This document shows positions 1 through 9,537 of a DNA stretch of 41,044 nucleotides, one piece after another. A program made the position numbers and the translations under genes. This DNA comes from Guillardia theta CCMP2712 (Eukaryota > Protista > Cryptophyta). The DNA lies in contig NW_005434655.1 in NCBI RefSeq assembly GCF_000315625.1, forward strand, positions 486,672 to 527,715. Direction: 5' to 3'. The notes below the pieces were generated by a model. It did no database searches. It saw only the letters and a program-made list of their open reading frames with translations, and had not been told where the DNA came from. Each line of letters starts with the position of its first letter. Positions within the stretch are counted from its first letter, which is position 1.

Positions 1-83
1 CCTGAAGATCAACTCCATCTCTATCATCATCATCATCATTGGGTCGTCATCATGATTTCCATCATCATCAACAACAACATCAA

Positions 84-117
<34 letters not shown>

Positions 118-142
118 GTCATCGTCATCATCATCATCATCA

Positions 143-175
<33 letters not shown>

Positions 176-251
176 TCATCATCATCATCATCGTCATCAT
201 CATCATCATCATCGTCGTCGTCGTCATCATCATCATCATCATCTCCATCAT

Positions 252-313
<62 letters not shown>

Positions 314-1355
314 TCTCCATCATCACGAATCCTGCTTCATACCTTCAGCGTTCTTCAAGGTGGGGAAGAACTTGATCAAGACTTTCAGTATCTCTGAAAC
401 TAAAATCTCAGCACACGAAACCATGACGAGAGACTCTTGCTCCCTCGCCATCGCATTCTTCACCTACAGTGTCGCTGACCTCGTAGTACCTGTCCACCTC
501 CTTCCCTGCCTTCTCGTCCACCTCAATCGGCTGCAGCAGGAGCTTCTTCAACTTCTCACTGACGACCAACATGTACATCTCACCACTTTCAGCTCCATCG
601 CCCCATCTCTCTCCCTCAGCCACATGTCGTTGGATGTCAACACATTGTTCTTGTCGTCCAAGTACTTGTCCTCGATCTTCACCTCTTGCTGGTAACTGTC
701 AGAGCGAAGTCTGTCTCCACCCGTTGACGTCTACCTTGAACACAAGATGCTGCGATATGCGTTCCTCCACCCCTTCCTCCACCACGAACTTCCTTTCGAT
801 CTCAATCTGACGTCCAACTGGTGAGGGCAGGAGCAAGCATACGCAAGCATCATGGCAAGTGACATTCACCTGCTCTCTTCCTCCCCCCGCCGCACTCATC
901 GCAACATTCCGTCCGAAGGACAGGAACGCCGTCCCTGCTAGCACGCCTATGAAGGCATGGTGGCGCGTCGGCGTGTAGTGGTGTTTGATCTGCAGGACAA
1001 GTCCTCACATCGTGCGAGGGGAAGGAAATCAGAGCAACCATGCTCGTCCAACCTCGTCGGTTCCTCGAGGCTGCCGTCGAGCTCATCGACAGCTGCGGCC
1101 CTGCATGGACAAATGCAGCACATGGACCCGTGGACCTGCAGGGTCGAATCATTCTCCTCTCTCCTCTCCTCGGCTCCGCTCCGCTCCGCTCCCCTCTCTA
1201 CCCCTCCTCCTTCCCACCCTGTTCCTTCCACTTCTGTCTCCTTGCCCCTGTTCCTTCCACTTCTGTCTCCTCGCCCCTGTCTCCCTCCTTTCCCCTCCTT
1301 CATTCTCCCCCTCCTCTCTTCTATACCAGGTCATCGAAGCCCGACGAGCTAGCAT
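1..1355 (-). CDS. CYTH-domain thiamine-triphosphatase-like protein, multi-exon, 3' end runs off the window
   Basis: Hand-spliced from ATG 1355: MLARRASMTW|STGPCAAFVHAG...|IEIERKFVVEEGVEERISQHLVF...|YQQEVKIEDKYLDDKNNVLTSNDMWLRERDGAMELK|PIEVDEKAGKEVDRYYE. The ExExKF motif and the D-x-Y-x-D...WLR-x-R...ELK pattern are hallmarks of CYTH/THTPA enzymes. GT-AG introns separate the pieces. Confidence 0.8.
22..326. repeat. Compound trinucleotide microsatellite (CAT)n/(CGT)n/(CAA)n with CTCCAT interruptions, probably inside an intron (~2-342) of the CYTH gene
   Basis: Directly visible. A minus-strand GT lies at 342-341 and a CAG at 4-2. Confidence 0.93.
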
Positions 1356-1932
1356 GCTAGATATAAAGGAGCTCGAAGCACGGGTGCTTTTATCCTCGAA
1401 TTGAGGGGTACCCTAATGGTAGGGTGCGTATCCCCGATGGGACGGAACGAAACCTGCGCGATGGAGGGGGAGAAGGGAGGACGAGAGGGACGAGAGAAGA
1501 GAGGAGGAGCAGGGAGGTGACGAGAGAGAGATGACGGAAGGGTCTTCCTGTAGCCTGATGGGCGTGACAACCTTACATGTGACGCTCTGAGCTGCCTGAG
1601 GAACGTGCATGATGCTGGACCAAGTTTCGGTCACCGAAACTTGCCATGCAGATTATGAGCGAGGAGGGCGAGAGAGGAGCAGGTCACGTGTGCGCCAAAC
1701 TCAATGGAGAGGATGCGCAGTCAGGGAAGGGCTCAGACACTTGATGTTGCTGGCCATAGCCATAGACTGCTGCCCTCGAGCCTCTCCGTCCCTGCCTCCG
1801 CATACGAGCGTGGAGCGTTTGCTTGCTTTGACGAAGAGCATGAAACCTACTCGTCTACTCCAGACATGCATGACATGCGTGTCTCTACGTGGAGGGACGG
1901 TGCGTCTCTTGCTCTCTAATCGAGAACCTCTC

Positions 1933-2895
1933 ATGGCATCCCAGAAACCTGCCAAGCAGCCCGGGAAGAAAGTCAAACGTCGATGGATCGGTGAGGGCGT
2001 CTTGAATCCGTACCTGCTGAATCGTGCAGAGGAGGAGGGAGCAGGGAGCAGGGAGCAGGGAGGCAGGGAGGAAGGGAGGAGGACGTAGGAAAATATGGCG
2101 ACCAGAGAGAAGGAATGAGGTTGGAGAATGGGGTGAGGGAGAAGGATGAAGATAGGGAGGGGATGTCGCTCACAGAGAGGGCTGAGAAGGGAGGGTAAGG
2201 GGGACAAGGATGATGAAAAGATTTCCTGCAGGCACTGAGCCGCAGCCCCGGGTGGTCATCGAGAAGATCAAGAAGCAGATCGTACTTTAACGTGCTTCAC
2301 CTTGCTCCCTCGTCACTCCCCAGCAGGAGGCCAAGAAGAGCAAAGTTACCGAGCCGGTGAAGCAGCCGAAGAAGAAGAAGGTCGGGAGCTGGTGGCAGAG
2401 GGTCCCGCAGGTCTTCGGTGACGATGGGACGATGGACGAAGACAAGTTGCTGCCGTCTACTCGCTGCCTTCTAGTCTGACCGTCACTCTCAAGGTTCGAG
2501 CAAGGTTGCATGGAGTTCGAGAAAGGATTCAAGAATCAAAAGACCAAGGTGTTACATGTCACTGCACTCCCGGTGCCTGACAAGCCGCGCAGAGAAGGAA
2601 GATTGCGATGAAGATGCAGCAAGAAAAGCAGAAGAGGGAGAAGAGGGAGCGACAAAGGGTGTTGAGGGAGCAGGAGAGGCAGATGGTGATGCGATCGTGG
2701 AGGAGCGGAGAGCTTGACACTCCTGTAGGAGGAGCAAAGGGAGAAGATGAGGCAGGAGGTTCTGTCGGAAAGGCTCTTGCAACTGGGTGCAGCGCTCTTG
2801 GCTGGTTACTCCACCAACTGATCGATGTGGCAGACTACAAGGATCCACTCTTGACGCCGACCAACGACGTCAAAGATGAGCCGGTGGGCCAATGA
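1933..2895 (+). CDS. Hypothetical Lys/Arg/Glu-rich multi-exon protein
   Basis: Exons splice in frame: MASQKPAKQPGKKVKRRWI|GTEPQPRVVIEKIKKQI|QEAKKSKVTEPVKQPKKKKVGSWWQRVPQVFGDDGTMDEDK...FEQGCMEFEKGFKNQKTK|RRKIAMKMQQEKQKREKRERQRVLREQERQM. No family recognised; both ends uncertain. Confidence 0.5.
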
Positions 2896-3229
2896 GGCCT
2901 TCAGGCAAGTTTGACGAGTTCGACAGGTGCACGAGACTGTCAAGTTCGATCATCAGGGCGGGTCGTCGACTATAGTAGAGGTCGAGAGCTTGGAGATCGA
3001 CCCGATGGCGGTGACTGGAACCTTTCGTGCTGCCTCTTGTAATGGAAACGCCAGGCTAAGATGGCGATGCTCCAGAACCTCCCTCCCCTGCCCAACTCAA
3101 GACACAAGTGACGAGACAGTCAACGAATTGACGCGTTCATTTGATGCCAGTGCAACAAAAATGCCTCACTGCAGCAGCACGAGCTCGTTGAGGGTGAAGA
3201 CGAAGACGGTCGCATCACACGCGCACGTC

Positions 3230-5027
3230 TCATGACTTGGAAGAACTCTTGGCTGCTGCCTTGCGAGCTTCCGCTTTTCGCTCCGCGGACTCGATGAGAG
3301 GACCAAGCTTCTGCTTCTCTGCAAGACCCTGCAAAGCAAGAGAGTGTCAACGTGCAAAGCATTTGCTAGACAAGCATTCGACAACAAACTGACCTGAAGC
3401 AAGTTCATGATAAAAGGAATGAAGTTATGTCGGCGACGAGCATTCTCTCTCGCGTATCGTTGAAATTTCTCATCCTCCATGTCCAGGAGCTGCAGCGTAA
3501 CCAAAAGTCAAGACAGAGAAACTTGAACTCGAGCTACCGACCTGACGCAGCTCTGACGCGCGATACTTGAAGCGGTTCAGCATGCTCTGCGCGCATCGGG
3601 AATCATGAGGAAAAGATTGTGAGGGGCGTGGGACGAACCTTCAGCTGCTCGACACTCTTGTCCGTCACGTCGACTGGCGCCTCCTTGCTATCATAGCCCT
3701 CCGTGTCGACGTCCTCCATCATGTCTTCCACCTCCTCTCCTGCAGTCAAAATGAGAACAATGCGGACGGGCGGCCAGTGGGCAACCGTGAGAGAGGAGCG
3801 CCGCACTGATGAGCTGAGAGTCCGTCTGCAGCTTGCATAGCTCTTGCATGTACATGTCCCTAGGAAGATTCAGTACGACCAAGAGGTACAAGGGATCCAG
3901 GACTTCTTGTTGGCGCAGACAGCCAAAAGATTAAAGCGGATCTCGTTGGAGGAATATTTCTCGATCCTATCCTGCAGGATGGGCCGCACCTGGCGTGCAA
4001 GGGTTGAATCAGAAGGAGCTTCTGTAATGACTCAGCAGACTTTCACCTGTTTCCACCACTGAGAAGTATCTGTGCAATCTCCCAACAAGATCGGTCCCTC
4101 TTGCAGACCATCCAGCTCCCAGAGTTTGCCACCGATGGGCATGTAAGCTGTGAAGTGATAGGCGTCTCCGTCTTTCCTTGACTTGTCCTCTTCCATTTCA
4201 AACGGTTCGGGTCTGAGCCACAGAAGTCAGCCACGAGCGACACAAGGGAGTCTGTAGAGACCTGGCGAAGCTGTTGTGGCAGCTTCTCATCATCTCACTG
4301 TTGCTCATCGCCTCGCCCTTGAGGTCAGGAGGGAAGTCAGCCGTGAAGGTCTTGAACTCCGTCAGCTCCTTGCCCAGGTTAATGCCCTCCGCGTTCATCA
4401 TGATGTTGAGCAGGGCTTGCGTGCCGCAGGCGTTGTGGATGACTTGCTTGGCGAAGTAGAGGTTGTGGTTTTGAACGCAAGTCGAGCTCGCACGATGCGT
4501 CGACGCCATGTCTTGCGTCCACTTGAACAAGAAGATCAAACCATAGATCGGAGCCAAGTTTGAAAACTCAGCATCTTCCATAGTCACAATCTCCTCCACC
4601 TGTGAGTCAAAGATGATATCATTTCGTCATGGCAAAATACCTTCACAGAGAATGTTGTCGACTACTTCTTAAATTAAATGGTTTGAGCTGTGCAAATCTC
4701 ATCCTACCTCCTGCATGCTCTTTTCCTTGTGCCTCATCACTTTGTACGAATACATTCCAACAACAACGTGCAGCAGTACATCTACCCTATACCACTGAGA
4801 CCGGAAGTGGGAAGCGATGATAGAGAGGAGGGACGTCGGAAATGGAAGAGGAAGCTATGAGTGATGAGGTGAGAGAAGATGGAGGTGGCAGGAGGGAGCA
4901 AGAGGCAGGGAGCTGAGAGGAGGAGGGAGAATGCGTCATCAACCTGGGTTCCTCGTATCCCGAAGTCTCTTGCAAGCGACGTGAACACCGCGGGGTCGCT
5001 CTCGATAGTCGACCATCCCTGCGTCAT
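3230..5027 (-). CDS. UCHL5: Ubiquitin C-terminal hydrolase, peptidase C12, UCH37/UCHL5 type
   Basis: Motifs seen: [41 protein letters not shown] (catalytic Cys), [19 protein letters not shown] (His/Asp), and the UCH37 tail [19 protein letters not shown]. Last exon [32 protein letters not shown] ends at TGA 3232-3230. Confidence 0.92.
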
Positions 5028-5290
5028 TGAGCAACTCCCGCCGCTTTCCTGTATCCGGCCCTCATCCCCACTTTTATATTCGATCTGACAGACGGGCCAA
5101 CCCCTAGTGTGGGAATTAATTGGTACAAATATTTAGTTAAATACCCCGTCTTTCCCTATCGCGCCTCCGATGCAGTAGTGCGTTCGGGGCGCTATGGCGA
5201 GGAATTTGGGGGGTGCGGCATGCCATGGCAGGGTGTCACGAGAAAATTCAAAACAGACTTTTGGCGGGCAAAGCAAAGTTGCCCCACACC

Positions 5291-7070
5291 ATGGGCGGGC
5301 CGCGGCCGTCAGCGAAGAAAACATGCTCATCATGCCACAGACGAAGTGAGATGACCAGCGTTCGAAAGTGGCATGGTGTGCCTTTGTGCACAGCTTGTGT
5401 TGCAAGGTTGAAAAAACACAAGAATTTCAACGATCTTGAGCAGAGTTTGCTCAACTAAATGTGATGATGCCTTGGTTTTTAAGCTGTTGAATTCTTGCAA
5501 TGTCATGGCCATGCAACTTTATCTGTGGAGTGTGAAGACGAGAATCTTCTAGCTTCAGCGACCCATTAAGTGGAGTCTTCGTTATGTATCCTAGTTGAAG
5601 TCCAAAACAAACTAAAGGTCCTCGGAGATGTCTATGGGCATACATCAGAAGGATTTTCGAGATGTTTTCTCCAGCACTATATGCAGGTTTTCGAAAAACA
5701 AGCATCTGGTAGATCACATGGAGGGACAAAGGCCGTGTATGAGCACTTGAATCGACTTCGTACACGTATTGGCAATATTCACAGGAAGAATCGAAACCTT
5801 CTTTCTCGAATCGAAGAATGGTCTACTGCTCACTTCGAGGATTTGCATTCATTGCAAACTATACACGATTACTTTGTGGAGTAAGTCTTAGATGTTGCTT
5901 TCTTTCCATGCCAGTGACCTGACGATCATTGTACAGGTATGCAAGAATGCGGGATGACACAAGTGAGAGTCTTCCAAACAAACATGCCAAGGCGAAATCC
6001 GATGGTGACGATTTGTCTTCATTGCCCATCACACCTCAGCGAGCAATTGTACACATTGATGTTGCCGAGATGAGAGAAATCAAACAGTTGGTTTTGCATT
6101 TACGACAGAACCAGGCCACATGGCAAGTTCAACAGGAGAAGACGCTATGATGCAATACGAGCAAGAGGCCCAGAGCGACCCTGAAAGAGATGTTATGCAG
6201 GCTTCAAATAGTTTGCAGACGGCACGGATATGAAGAAGTTCTTTCATTGGCCAACCACAATGAAGAGGGGGGGGAAACATTCACTCCTTGGGAGATGGAG
6301 CGAAGAATAGCTGATGGACTAAATGACTTTGATGAACACAAGATCCGATCCTGTCATCTCTCCAATTACTAAGAAGTTTTGTTGTTTTTCTCGCCGTGCA
6401 TCAATCACTTGCTGAAGAATGTAAGACATTCAATTGGATCAGGGAAGTTGCAGTCATCATCAAGGGAAGCAAAGACATGGCATAAAGCTTACAGCAATAT
6501 CGCAAAGAAGAATCCTGCATGGATGACTCAGATGGAAGTCGACGGGACCGCCGATCCACAATCGGTGAATATCATGCTGAAGATGTTCAGTGACAAGGCC
6601 ATCAGTCTACTGAAGGCAGAAGGGCATGAAGCAACAGCATGAATGGCAGAAAGTATGTCTAGCCTGCACAATGCATTCGATCAAAGAGAGCTGAAAGTTT
6701 CAGAGAGGATAATTCTCGTACAAGATGGTCGAAGATGCTTGTTGGAAGGCATCGACTGGACCAGTGTCAGCCACAAATATGTCAAAGGACTATCCTCTGT
6801 CACATTTTGAAGGGTTTATGGTTGCAATTGATACTCATTTGCAAGTACAACAGTATGTTAGGGATAAGAATCATGCGCTGGGTGATAGAGAGTATGACTT
6901 CAATTCACGAACTCTCTGTAGAGAATCTTTGGTCCTTGATCGGCCATCTGAACAAGAAGGATTTCTTGAGAAAATTCAATCAGGCTTGCACAGAGTTATG
7001 TAAAAACGTGGAGCCTGACCTGCCCTTTGTGTACGAGCATTCGAAAAAACGAGTTGTCCTGGCCAGATCA
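5291..7070 (+). pseudogene. Decayed P-element/THAP9-superfamily-like DNA transposase with an N-terminal C4 zinc finger
   Basis: One reading frame runs through in-frame stops at 6148, 6370 and 6640 and frameshifts near 6807 and 6915. It gives FFSPCINHLLKNVRHSI (cf. DxxHLLKxxRN), DPQSVNIMLKMFSDKAISLLKAEGHEATA*MAESMSSLHNAFD, and FNSRTL..SVENLWSLIG (cf. catalytic ENFFS). The GTAAGT...TACAG intron at 5881-5937 keeps the frame. N-terminal motif is CxxC-x17-CxxC. Confidence 0.7.
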
Positions 7071-7129
7071 TCTCTGAGCCCTTTTAGGCGTAGGAACTCC
7101 TCCATGCTACATGCTACATGCTACATGTA

Positions 7130-9262
7130 GCTCTGGGTTACAGAACTCAAGAACCGGAGAGCCCTCACAAATGCCTGCTTCAACTGGTCTGATGGCTCCT
7201 GACACCCCTTGACCCACACGAACTTGACATTCTGTTTCAAGAGATTCGTCAAAGGTATCGCCAATTCAGCGAATTTAGGAATGAAGCGTCGATAGTAGTT
7301 GCCTACTCCAAGCCAGGAATTGACTTCCTTCACGGTGATTAGTAGGAGGCCTCGCCATGATAGCATCCACTTTCGGCTTTTCACGGTGTGCGGATTCAAA
7401 ATTCTTCAATGCGGAATCCCAAGAACTGACATGTCGACTTCTTATCTGACGGTCGTGCTCCTCTGATATTGCCAACTGAAATGGATGCCACGTTGTCCAT
7501 TTAAGAAAAGTCGGGTGTGTCCTCCAGTCCCTGCAATGCAGACTCCAGAAAGCGCTGGAACTGTGAGGCCGAGTCGTCCAGCCCAAACAGTAGACGTGTG
7601 AATTGAAACTTGCCGAGCTTGCCGCACAAAGGCTGCCCCGGTGATAGGGCGAGAGCTCACCTGTAGCTCGACCTGCCAACATGAGCGTGAGAGGTCCATG
7701 CTAGATATGAAGACTCTGATTTGCTCCTCTGGAACGGATGAGACTTTGACCATATCTCTCTGAAGCATGTAGGATAAAGCCTGGGCCTGCAAATCCCCTT
7801 CAAGTGCGATTCAGTGGAATCGGGTAAGGCTTGCTCTGAACGGGTTGACCTCCTTCATGCAGTTCGATTTTAATTTTGAACTCCCGATTGAGTTTCGCTC
7901 CCACTTGGGGACCTCCACGGGGACCTCCACGGGGACCTCCACGGGGACCTCCACGGGGACCTCCACGGGGACTTCCACGGGGACCTCCACGGGGACCTCC
8001 ACGGGGACCTGCACCAGCCCTTTCAACCAGAACCTAGCATATACCTTCTAGTCTCCCATCCAGATCGTGACATCACTATCATGGAGCCACGAAGACGAAA
8101 TAATATCAGTATGTTGTAAGGATATGACATAAAACCTCGCCCTGCTTTGGAAACGCGGCCCTAGTGCGTCAATGTCACCACTCCCTTGGATATCTCCAGT
8201 CTCACGAACCCGATTAGCCATCTCCACTGCCACGATCTCGTCCGCAGTCCAAGTCTTGTGTGTTGATCGGCGACAAGACCCATCTGTCGAGCCACTCTCT
8301 CATCGATGAAGTTCTCGTCCGCCCCTGTGTCCAGCAACGCACGCAGCGCTGGTTGTTTAACGCCCTTCAGGTAGAGGCACAGGTGAGGAAGAGGGGGGGA
8401 GTAAAATGTCGTCGCCTGGGGTCCCCCCTTCGCTAGGCGACGGTTCTCATGGAAATGTACATTCTTCGACAACCTGGGACACTTGGATCGTACACGCCTC
8501 AGAAGTTCCCAAACGATTCCTTCCTACGATACCTTATCCGGGGAGCAGGCGACCATACGATACGTCACTGCTGAGTGTTATCTCTGGAACAAGTTGGCCA
8601 CCACCGACTCCTTGGTCCCTTGCTTCATGTCCCGAAGCAGGGTCATCAGCTTGATCGGAAAGTCCGGTGACATCCATGTTTTCTTATCCCCAAGAAGTAA
8701 TTCAATTCGTAACGTATTCACCCATGAGGCCTTTGGCGGAGTTGATCCACTGCTCCTTTGGGATAGACTGCGAACTCAATTGAAACTCAAGTGACGCCAG
8801 CCAGGTAACGACCGAGAATTCCACTTCCCTCTTGCCAATTCCACTTTCCTTGTTCCACTTCCCATTTGAAAGCTTCGTAACGATAGCGGAGGATAAGAAA
8901 CCGTATGATAAGAATCGAATTTGATAGGCATCGTTGTAACTTCCGGCGACGTGCATCACCCGACTCACTTCTACATCGCCACCATGATCGGATCGCAGTC
9001 CGTGTTGTCGTCTTGTGCATGGCATCAGTGACCTCCTCTTCACAAATGCCGGGCAGCCCCGCGGAGTCACCCGACAGGCAGGGGACGCGAGCGAGCTTGT
9101 CCCATCCGTATCTCTATCCTTCCGCGAGCTCCTGCCTCTCGCCCTGGGTGTCGCTCTCTCCCGGTCTTCTTCCGAGGCTTCATCCCCATCGGGTGATCGC
9201 CCTTCCCTGCCCATCGGCTCCTCTAGTAGCCTGGACCCCTGTCGGGTTCTCATACGCGGCAT
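7130..9262 (-). mobile_element. Degenerate Ty3/gypsy LTR retrotransposon internal region (gag, aspartic protease, RT, RT-RNaseH connection), truncated before RNase H/integrase
   Basis: Gag-like VVTWLASLEFQLSSQSIPKEQWINSAKGLMG. Protease LRALLDTGADENFIDERVARQMGL. RT FISSMDLSRSCWQVEL, LGKFQFTRLLFGLDDSASQFQRFLESALQGL, *MDNV (decayed YxDD) and EEHDRQIR. Connection VKEVNSWLGVGNYYRRFIPKFAELAIPLTNLLKQNVKFVW. Many stops and frameshifts. Confidence 0.88.
7907..8014. repeat. 12-bp minisatellite (GGGGACCTCCAC) x9, reading (PVEV)n between protease and RT
   Basis: Nine near-perfect tandem copies visible, two of them variants. Confidence 0.95.
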
Positions 9263-9537
9263 TTATTCATGTTGCGACCCACGGCAATACAAACTGCACA
9301 ACTGAGGTCCGACCTGTCCTCTACCATCCCATAGATCATCAACCCGCAGGGTTGCGATGCCATGCGGCTAAGATCGAAGACATGACGAAAAGAAGGCTGA
9401 GCATGACATTGAGTTTGAAGCTCCCCTTGGAGTCGAGCTCATCCCTCTGGCCGGCGGTGAGCTGCCTCGGACTGTGTCGGCCGCATCGGCTCGATGCTTG
9501 ATGGCCACGGCGTCACCTTTGAGCTAGTTGGTTTGCC

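Noticed and set aside
36-375. Poly-His, poly-Ile and poly-Met ORFs (also at 15760-16148)
   Set aside because: They are translations of trinucleotide microsatellites, and the first tract appears to be intronic.
1218-1272. Short direct repeat in a CYTH intron, and a 12-bp x3 repeat near 30871-30905
   Set aside because: Ordinary slippage duplications with no further structure.
4600-4943. Intronic snoRNA in the long first intron of the UCH gene
   Set aside because: No convincing C/D box pair with a terminal stem or H/ACA structure seen.
5090-5290. Terminal inverted repeat of the P-like element
   Set aside because: No matching inverted partner was seen near 7100 or 15600-15700; the right end seems deleted.
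7907-8014. Possible CRISPR-like array
   Set aside because: Head-to-tail 12-bp repeats with no spacers, in a eukaryotic retrotransposon context with no cas genes.
8905-9501. 198-aa and 154-aa ORFs antisense in the outer arms (also 13621-14085)
   Set aside because: Low-complexity Ser/Pro/Leu content, reading frames altered by the arm indel, and no motifs.
9263-9537. 5' LTR or primer-binding site for the gypsy element
   Set aside because: No TG...CA direct-repeat pair and no convincing tRNA-complementary PBS found by eye.
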